38,336 nt of DNA from Stramenopiles sp. TOSAG23-3 (GCA_900128585.1 LT642187.1:1-38336), one strand, 5' to 3'. Numbered from the stretch's first letter, positions 1 through 11,098 are shown. Translations and numbers: made by a program. Notes: a model not told the origin generated them from the sequence alone.

Positions 1-133
1 GCATGTTGCATGTTGCATTTCAAATTGTAATGAAAAGAAAGGACAATCATTTTATATATACCAACGAATAGTTTTAAATCAATGCCACTGACGAATGTAG
101 GGAACTATAGTGTACGTTTGAAGCACTTGATAA

Positions 134-772
134 ATGAATGGTCATCGAGATGGATGGACGAACGTAAGAAACCAGCAGACTGGGACAAATGTATACTCTG
201 GTTCGTATGACGCGCATCATCGACAAAATACCTCGGGGAACGGTGGGGTTTTCCATGGAAAATTGAAAGGGCCGAAAGGAAAAGCTAGACCGTTTTATTT
301 CACCGACGTATGTGAAGCACGTGCGAAGAAACTTCCGAGCTGCAATGACACGATGCTCACAGGCGAGTACATACCAAAGCAAAGGCTGCGTGCGAAGCCC
401 CACAACAGCACAAATGAGGCCTCGAAACGCTTTAGAATGAAAGCAGACGAAACCCCGGGGAGCTTTGAGACGATATGGAGCGATTACGTCGGCGGATCGT
501 TAAAGAGTCGCAAGAAGGTCAAGCGCGCCAAAGCTAAGGTTTTAAAAACAGAGGTGGAAGAGGAAAGCCCGCATCAAACTAAAATCATATCGATAGAAGA
601 GACACTTGCGATGGCACAAAACCAGATGGATGCAATGGAACGCCTCAATGAAGCAAAGGGCAGAAGCACAGAACGGTTTGGTCGATATTTAGATGCTGGG
701 AGTGTGGCTTACGAATCGTCTGTTCGTAGACTGTATGCCGATAAACTAATAGATAACACATTTTTTAAATAA
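134..772 (+). CDS. Hypothetical protein (212 aa), basic, no recognisable domain
   Basis: ATG-to-TAA ORF with higher GC than its AT-rich 5' flank. It ends 33 bp from the convergent GT41 gene and has TTGCA motifs upstream. Confidence 0.55.
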   Translation: MNGHRDGWTNVRNQQTGTNVYSGSYDAHHRQNTSGNGGVFHGKLKGPKGKARPFYFTDVCEARAKKLPSCNDTMLTGEYIPKQRLRAKPHNSTNEASKRFRMKADETPGSFETIWSDYVGGSLKSRKKVKRAKAKVLKTEVEEESPHQTKIISIEETLAMAQNQMDAMERLNEAKGRSTERFGRYLDAGSVAYESSVRRLYADKLIDNTFFK

Positions 773-805
773 AGCCCTGCCTCAACCCTCAACACAAGAA
801 CCATA

Positions 806-2893
806 CTACAATTCACTTCTGGGTGCCGTTGACGACCGAACAGGTGGTTTGCTCACTTGATCAAAAAACCTGACCCATTCCTGTATCACGCGGGTTTGCT
901 CGTAGAGCGAAGGGACAAGGTCGTGTATCTGTCGCACAACCCTCTCCCGGTAGCTCTGCGAGGTCGCAATATGCACAGCTTTTTTTACATAGTCGTCAAT
1001 TGTATTGGCTAGGCAGCAGTCCTCAAAGAACCCCGTGCTGTCCATTTCGACGTAGAAGCCACGAGTCAACTGCAGCACGGTTGTTCTGTTTGGCAAGGCC
1101 ACGACCGGGGTCCCCGTTGACAAAATCTCCAAGGTCGTGACCCCACCGCCAAATGGAAACGGGTCGAGGGCCACATCGGCGAGCCTTGCAAGGCCAAGGA
1201 ATTTTGCGTGCTCAACTGGCTTGAGGAACATAACCCGCTCTACCATTTCAGCAGAAAGGCCGTGACTGGCCTCCAGCCTCGTTTTGAGTTTTTCCCCAAA
1301 CGCCAGCGTGGGGGTGCTCATAAGCAGTACGACGGCATTTTCATCTGCGCTTAAAATGCTCGCAATGACTCTGTCAAAAACGGGCGTTATCTTAAATGCC
1401 GTCTGCAGGCATGCATATATGTTGGCCTGTGACGTCAGCCTTAAGGAATCCAATGTGACCCGTTCATCGGCCGGCGGGGGCCGGTAAAAGTACGTCGTGA
1501 TCCCGTCCATAAAGTAAAGTTTTTCTACAAATTTACTATTGTCGTTGTCACCCGTTTGCAGATGAAAGTTTTTGGACGTTATGAAATAGTCCATAGTGTC
1601 CTCGATGCCCGCTGTCACGGGGTGGCCCCAGAACATTGCCTGGACGTGTGCAAGTCTGTGGAATGCCAAAAAATACGTCTGTGTATCCATCCCTAACTCT
1701 GGGTAAATCAAAACGTCCAATTTGTCCAGCAATATATTTTGCCGGATGTCTTCCAACGATGCGCCAACGGGAAAGCGCTTCGCCTCGTCGACGTCGCGGG
1801 CAATCATGTCGCTCAGGTGATCGTACTCTTGGCCTAAAAAGTAGACTACAACATGGTGGTTCGGCGACTTTCCCAACATTCGAATAACCCCTGCGATCAA
1901 CTTGCCCACGGAATGGGAAAACAGTTTTGCAGACACGAACCCAACCCGCAACGGCTGCCCGTGAATTCGCTGAGCGCCATGGTAGACGGACGCAAGGCGC
2001 TGGCGGGCGCACCGACGGTACACCCTGGCGAGGGCAGCACGTTCGGGCAGATCGTTGCCACCCTGGTACACCAAGTAGTACCCAAACGAGTTCCCGCCAG
2101 CGGAATGGACAAGACCTTGTGAGCAATCCATTTGATTATGGTACATTTGAACGTGTAGGTAATGCTGATACCGAGCCCTTGATGTGAGAACGTGCGCTTC
2201 ATCGCGGTATATATTTGGTATCATCGAGTTCAAAATTCGAAACTGTATCAGGTTTTCGCCTGCATTCTTCAACTCCACATCGTTGGTCTTGCTCTGGACA
2301 ATGGCCGTTTGGGCAGCCCGGAACTGTCGTTCGGCCATTTCTTCGTCTGCCATTTCGACCATGTAAATGTCTCCTAACGCACAGTGGGACTCGATCAGCA
2401 GTGGATCAAGCCTCAGCGCCCTCTTGTAATATTCAATGGCACCCTCAACTTCCAAATGGTCTTTCAGTAGCATTCCGTGGTTGGACAGCAAACCACTGTG
2501 TGTCGGGTTTAACGCCATCGCGATTTCACTGTAATGTTTTGCGCCCGCCCAAAGCTGGGCTTTGCCGTCTTTGTTCTCGGCGGCAGCCTCCATGTTGGAG
2601 ATCAAGACGGCCAGGTTGGCGGACACCATCCAATTCTTCGGGTCCAACTTGAATGCTTTCAGATAGTACGATTCTGCCTCGTTCCATTTCGAAACATCCC
2701 CAGATTGCACCAGCTTCAATGCGTAATCGTTCAGTCGCATCGCGTTTTGCTTCTGGACATCCCCAGGGTCTACATCGTACCCACCATGCAACGTTCTAGT
2801 AGTCGTCTCAGCAGTGTTCTCACCACCGTTCGCAACGACGCAAAGGATAAAAACGAAGGCATGCAAACACACCCCTGAAAGAGCAGAGACCAT
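806..2893 (-). CDS. TPR-containing GT41-family (OGT/SPINDLY-like) glycosyltransferase with N-terminal hydrophobic signal-like peptide
   Basis: TPR-like helices (AESYYLKAFKLDP, AIEYYKRALRLDP). GT41 motifs LRVGFVS..HSVGK, LDVLIYPELGMD, RLAHVQAMFWGHPVT..MDYFITS, FKITP and DVALDPFPFGGGVTTLEIL..GTPVV. Confidence 0.9.
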   Translation of the reverse strand: MVSALSGVCLHAFVFILCVVANGGENTAETTTRTLHGGYDVDPGDVQKQNAMRLNDYALKLVQSGDVSKWNEAESYYLKAFKLDPKNWMVSANLAVLISNMEAAAENKDGKAQLWAGAKHYSEIAMALNPTHSGLLSNHGMLLKDHLEVEGAIEYYKRALRLDPLLIESHCALGDIYMVEMADEEMAERQFRAAQTAIVQSKTNDVELKNAGENLIQFRILNSMIPNIYRDEAHVLTSRARYQHYLHVQMYHNQMDCSQGLVHSAGGNSFGYYLVYQGGNDLPERAALARVYRRCARQRLASVYHGAQRIHGQPLRVGFVSAKLFSHSVGKLIAGVIRMLGKSPNHHVVVYFLGQEYDHLSDMIARDVDEAKRFPVGASLEDIRQNILLDKLDVLIYPELGMDTQTYFLAFHRLAHVQAMFWGHPVTAGIEDTMDYFITSKNFHLQTGDNDNSKFVEKLYFMDGITTYFYRPPPADERVTLDSLRLTSQANIYACLQTAFKITPVFDRVIASILSADENAVVLLMSTPTLAFGEKLKTRLEASHGLSAEMVERVMFLKPVEHAKFLGLARLADVALDPFPFGGGVTTLEILSTGTPVVALPNRTTVLQLTRGFYVEMDSTGFFEDCCLANTIDDYVKKAVHIATSQSYRERVVRQIHDLVPSLYEQTRVIQEWVRFFDQVSKPPVRSSTAPRSEL

Positions 2894-3077
2894 GTTTCAA
2901 TGCAATTTAATCGAACACAGCTGTCAAATCGTCGAGTCACCCAAATTCATCCAACAAGCATATGTATGGTTTCGTGTACCTTTTGTATTGTTCAAGAATA
3001 TCACTATTTGTGAACACTTGCATTGCTACATATGAATGCTAACGATTTTGTAATCCAATTGTAATCGTCAATAATTA

Positions 3078-3137
3078 ATGATCAATATGAAATCAACGAT
3101 TAATATGAAATCAATGATCAATATGACATCAATGATT
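3078..3137. repeat. 18-bp minisatellite (ATGATCAATATGAAATCA) x ~3.3
   Basis: Three near-identical units are read directly at 3078, 3096 and 3114. Confidence 0.85.
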
Positions 3138-4123
3138 CATTCAAGAAAAAAGAAACAATTTCTTGAAAAAATTGAATATTTTGATTATTATTATTTTATT
3201 TTTGTTTTTTTGTCCGTCCGTTCGCGGTTAAATATACTATTTCTATGTTATTAGTATTTAAGGAAGAATATTATGGGCAAAAGACAACAATTGGGAAGAA
3301 ATAATTTTGTTTTTCTTTCACTGTTATAATTCATTTTAATTTAGAATAATTAGATCTATTCTAAAAGGGAAGAATCTTTCATTATATCTCAAAAGAGTAA
3401 AATTACTAAATTTATTAGAAATTCAGATAAAAAATAGAAGAAAGAAAGAAATAATAAACTGGAATAAAACAAAAGAATTTTAGAATTTAGATTTTTAGAA
3501 TGAAAAATGAAACACGAAATCCAATTTTTAAGATCCCTATTGGAATGACTAAAGAATACAATTATAACTAGTATATTGAACATATACTATAGGAATAGTA
3601 CAGAGAATATGAACGGCCACCTCTGATAGTTTATATATTAAGGGGCACTAAAAAATTCATAATTATAAAATTGAATTTAAATAATATTAACAATAGAATT
3701 TAAAAATGTTAATTTCATTTTTATTTATGAATACCTTATTTAAAAAAGTAAGATCAAAAATGATTTCAGCACGCCGTCCAAAAACCAAACAACGCAAACA
3801 ACAACAACGCACAAAAAAGCCATCATGGATTGGATGGAATGAATGAATGACTGACCCTTTATTCCAGAAACCAGCAAGCATGTGATTTGTTGTTTCTATG
3901 TATGTTTCTTTGTATGTTTTTTTTGCGCTTTTTGCTTGATTGTCTTTTTTAGTAGTTCTTTATTTTTGGTTTAGTACTAAGTTTCTAATTTCGCTTCGTT
4001 TTTTTGTGCAGCGAAACTACCTAAACCGTCCAGTCCAGTGGCGCTCACGACGACGGTAGATATATCGGCATATATATATATATATTCTGCGTGCCTGAGT
4101 TCAGAGTGTTATTTTCGGACGCC

Positions 4124-5299
4124 ATGACAGATGGATATAATGCATCCGTGGTGTGCCCGTTACCAGATGGGAATCCAAAGACAGAGCTCCACATTAGTAC
4201 GATAGTATTTTCACAAATAGTTCTTATCGCGTTGGACATTTCGATTGGGGTAGTTACACTGTTTTCCATGTGGAAAATATACGTGTTTGACCGTCGTCGA
4301 AAAATTACATTTATTTATTACTTGCTGATCATGGGGATACTTCTTACAAGACTTTTATATTCAGGAATAATGTTGGCGACTTTCCAGCTTGAGTTTAAAG
4401 AGCGCCAAGACTATCCCGCAGACTCGAACCGGTTCTTTTGCTCTATACGCGCAGTCACCACGGTTGGTCTCAACTTTCTAAAGTGTTTGTTTGCGTGCCT
4501 GTTCTGCTTCGAACTGTTCGTCTTGTTCAGGCCAGCCCGTAAAAGCATTAAATTGTCGCCTACGTTATTACACAGAGGGAGACGATTAGGGCGTTACCAA
4601 ACCATTATCGTTTGGGCCACGGCCACTTACTTAGTACTTATTGGTACTATTCCAGGGTTCGGATATTCCAAAGCGTGGAGGTGTGAGTTGAAAGGAACAA
4701 AATTTGAATACCATATTCGAACAAAAAGTTGCGAATTGCATTCATCGCCGCGCGATATCTGGATTATGCCTGTATATATTCTTACGTCGCTTTTTTGCGG
4801 TTTATGTTGCGCGGCTATAGCTTGGGGATTTTTTCGGCCCACAAAATCCCGGAACAAGAGGTATGAGAGGTTTTACAAGACTGGCGCAGGGGCCCTCTTG
4901 CGAAAGTTGATCGCGTTCGTAGTGGTAGTTCTTTTAATATCCGACGTGCCCCGCCTAGTTAATTCAAGGTGGTGCACTAAGGCTGTTAGAAACTTTTTGA
5001 TTGTTGTAAAATCAATTCCATCTACATGGGTGACACTATACATGCTTTATTTTAGCAAAGACATGCGGGAACTGTGGTTTTGTTGCTTCTACAACAACAA
5101 AACGTACGGAGAATCGAGCGAAGGCATAAGTGAGCTAGAGGAGGGCGGCCCGGCGCAAAGTTTGTCGGCGAGCCTTGTAAATGTACGACAGGGACCCCCC
5201 GACGTAGCCTTGGAATACAGCCCTCCTGTGGTACAAGAGGCCGCTATGGATGATTCCGCCGCATCGAATGACATTCAATATGATGCCGAAGAGAAATAA
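4124..5299 (+). CDS. Multi-pass (about 7-TM) GPCR-like membrane protein, cAMP-receptor/GCR1-like layout
   Basis: About seven hydrophobic segments. Cys precedes TM3 (FFCSIR), TM3 ends CLFCFELFVLFRP, there is a GY..AWRC loop and an acidic tail. The start is taken at GCCATG 4124. Confidence 0.7.
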   Translation: MTDGYNASVVCPLPDGNPKTELHISTIVFSQIVLIALDISIGVVTLFSMWKIYVFDRRRKITFIYYLLIMGILLTRLLYSGIMLATFQLEFKERQDYPADSNRFFCSIRAVTTVGLNFLKCLFACLFCFELFVLFRPARKSIKLSPTLLHRGRRLGRYQTIIVWATATYLVLIGTIPGFGYSKAWRCELKGTKFEYHIRTKSCELHSSPRDIWIMPVYILTSLFCGLCCAAIAWGFFRPTKSRNKRYERFYKTGAGALLRKLIAFVVVVLLISDVPRLVNSRWCTKAVRNFLIVVKSIPSTWVTLYMLYFSKDMRELWFCCFYNNKTYGESSEGISELEEGGPAQSLSASLVNVRQGPPDVALEYSPPVVQEAAMDDSAASNDIQYDAEEK

Positions 5300-5605
5300 T
5301 TTTTTGAAAACATTGTTGTCCCTCTCTAACGTTTGCAGTAAGGTTAAATGTTAATAATCGCATCGCACGTGGAAAGTATTTTCTGATACATGTACATGAT
5401 ATGATAAAAACTTTACTACATTGACATTTTCATTATTTTTAACATATATGATTAGGGTATGAGGACGCTAAATTTAATTATGATACTTAAATGAACAAAT
5501 TATAAATAGTATGTAATTAAATAACAGAGCCAATTTTCTTGGTAAAACAAAAACAATGGGGGTTATTTAGGCGGTATCCTCTTCTTATGTCCACTTCCAT
5601 AAATC

Positions 5606-7393
5606 TTACGCCTTCTTTTTCTTTTTTCTTTTGGCCTGCTTGGTAGAAGATGCCGCCGAAAGTTCGTCGTATATGGTTCGCCGGCCATTCTCCGTCGCCG
5701 GGTGGTTTCCTTTCTTCTTTTTCCCCGCTTTTTCTGCCCCCCCTGCGTTCATGTACGGGGACCCAGGTATGCGAGTGGGAACCTTCCCCCCCGGCGCTTT
5801 CCTGTCGGCCTCTTTTGGGCTGCCCCGTCGTTGTCCTGCACCCTGCCCCGGGCTTACCGTCGTCGCATCGAGAGCCTCTATTTCTTTCATCGTCGCGTCG
5901 TGCTCCTCCCGTTTCACAGCGTCGCTTTGCCATTCTTCCATCTCTCGCCGTACCATGTCCGCCTTGCTCTCCGGGGGGCGCTTGGCTTCCTCAGGCTTCC
6001 GCGACCGCATGCTCAAGATACTATTGCTCGATTCGATGTTCTGGCATAGCACCCGGATGTTGTTCTCTAAACGCTGCACGCGCACTTCGGCGTCCTGTTG
6101 GACCGTCACTGCCTCCGCCTTTGCCTTCTCGACGGCAGCTGTGCTGTCGGCCAGCTTCCGCATCAGCATTATATTCTGCTTCTCCAGTTCGTCTATTTGC
6201 TTTTGCCCCTCCGCCAAGGACGCCCGAAGCCGATCGTTGTCTAGCTTCGCGACCTCCAGCGCCCCTTCGTTGTACCGGGCCTTGTCCCGGTTTTTCAGTT
6301 TCAAGATTTCACGCTTCATATCGTCCATCGCCTCCTTCGTCTTCAGCCCGCTCTTGTGCTCTTCCCGGCTGGACGAGTAGAACGCGTCCAGCGTCGCCTC
6401 CGCCTCGCCCAGCTTTACCTTTCGCTCCTCCGCGATCTTCGCCTGCTGCTCCAACGACTGGTTGGCCCGCCCGAGCTCCCCTTTAAGCTTCAGGATGGTC
6501 GAGTTCAACGAGCTCACCTCGTCCTCCATCTGGCTCAACCGGTCATTCACGCTGTTACGGTACGCCTCGCCGTCCTGAACCCGCCCCTCCAACTCGGCCA
6601 CGTTCCTCTGGTGGGTTTCCTGCTGCCCCGTCGCCGACGCTTCGAGCGCCTTTAAGGACTCTACGGCGTTCATCATTTGCACTTCGGCCTTTTCGCACCG
6701 CTCTCTATACTCACTCGCGTTCGTCTTCGCCGCCGCCAGCTGCCTTTCTATGCTCCCCAAGTGTTCGTTCAGGGCCTGTATCTCCTCGTCCTTCTCTTTC
6801 AGCAGCGCCACCCTGGCCTCGTTGTCATTGGACGACTGGATGACGGTCTTCTCCCTCAGCGTCATGATCTCCACGAGCTGGGCGGCCTTGTCGCGCTCGA
6901 GGTCAGCGACCTTGCGCAACGCTTGCGCCTTCCTTGCTTCGGACGTGCTCAGCTTCTCTTTCAACGCGTCCACCGTCAGCTTGTAGGTTTCTAACTCGTG
7001 AATTTTTTTGGAAAAATCTTCGGCCACGTGCCGGGAGTGCATGTTCCTGAACTTGTCCACCACGTGAATTAGCTCGTTTTCCAGCTGGAACCGGAGCTCG
7101 AGCGAGCGCAGCAGGGGCCCCGTGGAGGTATCGCGTTTCGACTGGTGCAAGAATTTGGACGAAGACCTTACGGCGCTGTGGGGTTCATGGACGCTTCTCG
7201 CTGCGACCGTCGGGGTTTTCGGGGCTTCCACGCCCCGTATAACGGGTACCGCGGGATCACCCGTCGGGGCAGGGCATTGGTTGTTGTTGTGCTCTTCAAT
7301 CAGTTTCTGTATCCCAATATGTTCCATAGCATTCCCTTCATCCCGCTGCCGTTGGCCTCGGTCCGCAGCAAAGGCAGACGGGGACGTTTCCAT
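5606..7393 (-). CDS. Long coiled-coil protein with basic C-terminal NLS-like tail
   Basis: About 400 aa of E/K/L/A-rich heptad sequence, GC-rich third codon positions and a C-terminal KRKKKKKA. The first ATG is at 7393. Confidence 0.8.
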   Translation of the reverse strand: METSPSAFAADRGQRQRDEGNAMEHIGIQKLIEEHNNNQCPAPTGDPAVPVIRGVEAPKTPTVAARSVHEPHSAVRSSSKFLHQSKRDTSTGPLLRSLELRFQLENELIHVVDKFRNMHSRHVAEDFSKKIHELETYKLTVDALKEKLSTSEARKAQALRKVADLERDKAAQLVEIMTLREKTVIQSSNDNEARVALLKEKDEEIQALNEHLGSIERQLAAAKTNASEYRERCEKAEVQMMNAVESLKALEASATGQQETHQRNVAELEGRVQDGEAYRNSVNDRLSQMEDEVSSLNSTILKLKGELGRANQSLEQQAKIAEERKVKLGEAEATLDAFYSSSREEHKSGLKTKEAMDDMKREILKLKNRDKARYNEGALEVAKLDNDRLRASLAEGQKQIDELEKQNIMLMRKLADSTAAVEKAKAEAVTVQQDAEVRVQRLENNIRVLCQNIESSNSILSMRSRKPEEAKRPPESKADMVRREMEEWQSDAVKREEHDATMKEIEALDATTVSPGQGAGQRRGSPKEADRKAPGGKVPTRIPGSPYMNAGGAEKAGKKKKGNHPATENGRRTIYDELSAASSTKQAKRKKKKKA

Positions 7394-7970
7394 AAGAACG
7401 ACGTCAAGGCACGAAAACAGAAAGAACAGAGCGAAAGGAAACGAAACGAGACCAATAAACAATTATTGCACACAAATTAATCCGCATGCATAATGTTTTG
7501 AATCAAATTGCATTGCAAATTGCAACGACATATTGCAAATTGAAATTGTAAAAAAAGAAGAATCTCCAACAAATAAAAAAAGAAATTATAATAAATAATA
7601 ATAAAAATAACGGTTGATGTTCGTTGTGTGTTGTCCTTTTCTTTCTTTCTTTCTCTCTTTCTCTTTCTCTTCTTCTTCTTCAAAAATCAAAAATCAAAAT
7701 ATAAAAAATAATGACAACTCACAATTTCAATAAGGAAACAGAAACAAAAAGATATATAGTATACTTCTAAAATAAACAAATTTAAATCGATTATTTATTT
7801 TAAACAAATAAATCAAACACCTTAATACCTTAAGAAATACTTCCAGACTCCAACCCTATCCTATATCAATGCTATTATTATTAACTATAAATAAATAAAT
7901 AATTAATCTTCACTCTTCTCTCTTCTTCTTCTCTCTTCTTCGCTCTTCGCCCAGGTTCAATGTTTTCATT

Positions 7971-8169
7971 TCTTTGTTTCTTTGTTTCTTTGTTTCTTTC
8001 TTTGTTTCTTTGTTTCTTTCTTTGTTTCTTTGTTTCTTTCTTTGTTTCTTTGTTTCTTTGTTTCTTTGTTTCTTTGTTTCTTTGTTTCTTTGTTTNNNNN
8101 NNNNNNNNNNNNNNNNNNNNNNNNNNNNNNNNNNNNNNNNNNNNNNNNNNNNNNNNNNNNNNNTTCGAC

Positions 8170-8201
<32 letters not shown>

Positions 8202-8206
8202 TCGAC

Positions 8207-8243
<37 letters not shown>

Positions 8244-8310
8244 TTCTTTTCTTTTTCTTCATCTTTTCTTCATCTTGTTCTTGTTCTTCTTCTTCTTTCT
8301 TCTTCATCAT
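7971..8310. repeat. Microsatellite tract (TTTCTTTG)n / (TTTC)n / (TTC)n spanning an assembly gap (N 8096-8163)
   Basis: Directly visible. Confidence 0.95.
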
Positions 8311-8628
8311 AGTTGAGTTTTTTGTTGGTTTTTTTATTCGTTGTTTTGTTGGTCTTCTTCTTCGTTCTTGTCTCTATTATTATATTTTAATTCTTCTACG
8401 TGTTTCTCTGATTGGTTTAGTTTTGGTGGAGAGTGGGAAGGAAAGAGTGAAAGAGTCCAATATGACGAAGAGGTGTTGTTATATGAATTCTGGTCTTTTT
8501 CCGTAAAAACGAGCATTGTGGTTGTTGTTTGTTTCTCTCCCTGTCACACACACACAAACGCTTTCTTTGCTTTTCTTTCCCTCTCTCCTTCCCTGAGCAA
8601 GAGAAAGTATTTTGTATTGGCCCCCACG

Positions 8629-9621
8629 ATGTTTGAGACCGAGTATAAGGTGTTTACGGACATTTCGTTGTTTGCCACGGTGCTCGCTTGGATATATGTG
8701 TATATGGCACGGAGGTACGAACAAATCGAGGCAAAGGTCGCAGGGCGTCAGGTCCGTAACAATATGTACAAAGGACTTTTGCTTGCGTTGCTCAGTTTAA
8801 ACATCGTCAAGGTAATTCTTTTGAGTGTTTTTGATAGGGTATTTTTACAGGAAGAAAAATATTGCAAGAAAGTGGACATCGGATGGAAGTGCCAGTCTCG
8901 TAGGCTATTAACGTACGCCTTCACGATTGCGTTGCACTGGTCGTGTATCTTTTTGATATTTGAAATATACTGTGTCCTTATAAAAAACCCGTTTTCGTTG
9001 AAATGGATTCGTTTTGACACGAGAACACGCGAAAAGTGGTATGCGTTAGGGGGGGCGGTGTTGACCATTTCCCACGCCTGTTGCTGGGTGCTATACGGTA
9101 ACGCTTTGGGCCGCACAGAAAAGGATATGCTGCGGTTCCTTTTTCCCCCTACGGTCTTCTTAATGTTTCTCCTCACATTCCTAACCGCCAGGCGAGTGAC
9201 GAATAAACTAAAGTCGCATCGCATGATTAAATTTCGTTTGAAAATTTTGTGGAAGGTGGTTGGAAAATTGAGTTTTTTGCCCATCATCTTTATCCTTGTC
9301 CAGGACTCGAACCTTTACTTGTCGCCAGAAATGTGGTATAGTGCGGTTAAACCACTGTTTGGAGTCTTTCTCCTTTTTTACATTGTTTACTTTTACCCAG
9401 AACGGTACTTGGCCGGGCTGCGAAAGCGATTGTCGCGCAAGTATTGCTGCAAGCCCAACCAGGGCGACGTGGACGATTTCCAAGCCGACGCCGATTGTTT
9501 GGAGGAAACGGAGCAGGGTTCTGACCATGAAATGGCCGCTTGCGCTGTAAGTGGGGATGGAAGCATCGGCGAGGAGCAAGGGGATGGAGACGATGCAACA
9601 AACTACCATCAAATTATGTGA
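8629..9621 (+). CDS. Second 7-TM GPCR-like membrane protein
   Basis: About seven hydrophobic segments, the TM3 pattern WKCQ..LLTYAFTIALHWSCIFLIFEIYCVLIKNPF and an acidic C-tail. The first in-frame ATG is at 8629. Confidence 0.7.
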   Translation: MFETEYKVFTDISLFATVLAWIYVYMARRYEQIEAKVAGRQVRNNMYKGLLLALLSLNIVKVILLSVFDRVFLQEEKYCKKVDIGWKCQSRRLLTYAFTIALHWSCIFLIFEIYCVLIKNPFSLKWIRFDTRTREKWYALGGAVLTISHACCWVLYGNALGRTEKDMLRFLFPPTVFLMFLLTFLTARRVTNKLKSHRMIKFRLKILWKVVGKLSFLPIIFILVQDSNLYLSPEMWYSAVKPLFGVFLLFYIVYFYPERYLAGLRKRLSRKYCCKPNQGDVDDFQADADCLEETEQGSDHEMAACAVSGDGSIGEEQGDGDDATNYHQIM

Positions 9622-10069
9622 AAGGAGGATTCATTGCATAGAAGGGGGCAAGAAACCAACAACAACAGCAGGAGGAGGAAGAAAAAAGAAATGAACATAT
9701 ATATTATACTAAGGATAGTTTGTGTAGTTATCATCTCATTTGCATGATTTTACAACATTCTTTTATATACTTATTAGTCTTTCATACCTTAATTATTATC
9801 GTATTGTATAATCGACAAATGCGATCTTCTTCTTCCTTTTTTTTCTCTTGTTTTCTTCAACTTGGCGATCTTTGAATTGCAAATGGTCTATCTGCATTCT
9901 GTATGTGTAGATACTGTACACCTAATTTTCAACTATTCAGCAATACCTGTATATAATCATCACGGTCGATTGTATTTCCAATAGACAGAGGAAGTAGTAG
10001 CTTTGACGGGAATTTTAATACCCCTTCCTAGACCGTTTCGGTCTCACCTGTTGGTGGCCGTCCGCCGCC

Positions 10070-11098
10070 ATGGCAACGGCAACCAACAGTTCAGGTACGG
10101 GCACTGCCCCTAAACATACGGAACACATCACCACGGTGTCCCTTCTCCTTGTCATGCTGAGTGCACTCTTTCATGCCACTTGGAATCTAGCAGCGCGACA
10201 GACGAAAGGAGATCTGGCGGTTTTGGTCGGTGGAATCTCAATGGCCGGTGTTGTCTTGACGCCTGTCGCCTTCCTTGTCCCTGTCACGGGTCCAATTTTG
10301 GATGCGATGCCGTACGTGGTTGCGTCTGGGTTGATCCACGCGGTATACATGATCCTGATTGGTGCAATGTATGCCGTCGCTGGCGGGTCTGTTTCACTTG
10401 TTTACCCGGTGGCACGAGGGACAGGCGTTGCGTTTACGGCCGTCATGGCCCTTCCCGTGCTGGGGGAGACAGTGTCGGTGTTGGGCGGGTTTGGAATTGC
10501 AGCGGTTGTTGCAGGGATTTCGATTTTGGCCTGGTCGAAACTTGGTGTCCTAGGAAAGTGTGCAAACCGGGACCTGCTGGGACGCCAACGTCAGCGCGAG
10601 CAGGAGATGACCGTTCAGGGTGGGGAAGCAGGGGTGAGCGGTATAAATGTAGACGTCGCGCAGTCAAAAGATGGGAATAAACTTCCAGCGCTAGGATTGG
10701 CACTTCTGTGCGGCATGATTATTAGTTCCTATTCCCTCGTGGATAAGATCGGGGTAGGTTTGATGAACCCGATTCAGTTTTTGTGGGGGTTTGTAGTGAT
10801 TGAAGCCGTGATCATGGTCCCGTACATGTTCTGCCAACGACGAGACCAGTGCATGCTAGCAGTACGGACGAAGAAAAGGTACATGGCCATCGTTGGGTTT
10901 GGGGCATGGGGGTGTTACTTAATTATTCTGTACGTCTTGACGTCGAGCCCGTCCAGCTACGTGACCCCATTGCGCGAGGTAAGCGTTGCCTTCGGCGCAG
11001 GCCTTGGCGTTTTGATTTTGAAAGAAGACCTCACCGTTGGGATGCTAACGGGTGTCTTTGCCATTGTCCTTGGGTTGATTATGATCAAAGTGGCGTGA
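10070..11098 (+). CDS. EamA/DMT-family transporter
   Basis: Two EamA halves with motifs SALFHATWN, SLVYPVARG, LGE, YSLVDKIGV and LREVSVAFGAGLGVLILKE. The start context is GCCGCCATGG. Confidence 0.92.
   Translation: MATATNSSGTGTAPKHTEHITTVSLLLVMLSALFHATWNLAARQTKGDLAVLVGGISMAGVVLTPVAFLVPVTGPILDAMPYVVASGLIHAVYMILIGAMYAVAGGSVSLVYPVARGTGVAFTAVMALPVLGETVSVLGGFGIAAVVAGISILAWSKLGVLGKCANRDLLGRQRQREQEMTVQGGEAGVSGINVDVAQSKDGNKLPALGLALLCGMIISSYSLVDKIGVGLMNPIQFLWGFVVIEAVIMVPYMFCQRRDQCMLAVRTKKRYMAIVGFGAWGCYLIILYVLTSSPSSYVTPLREVSVAFGAGLGVLILKEDLTVGMLTGVFAIVLGLIMIKVA

Noticed and set aside
5631-6994. Long plus-strand ORFs opposite the coiled-coil gene (and similar ORFs opposite other genes)
   Set aside because: They are antisense shadows produced by GC-rich codon usage and carry no domain motifs.
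7960-8506. F/L/S-rich and K/E/R-rich ORFs
   Set aside because: These are translations of microsatellites and an N-gap. The same applies to the ORFs at 32052-32282.
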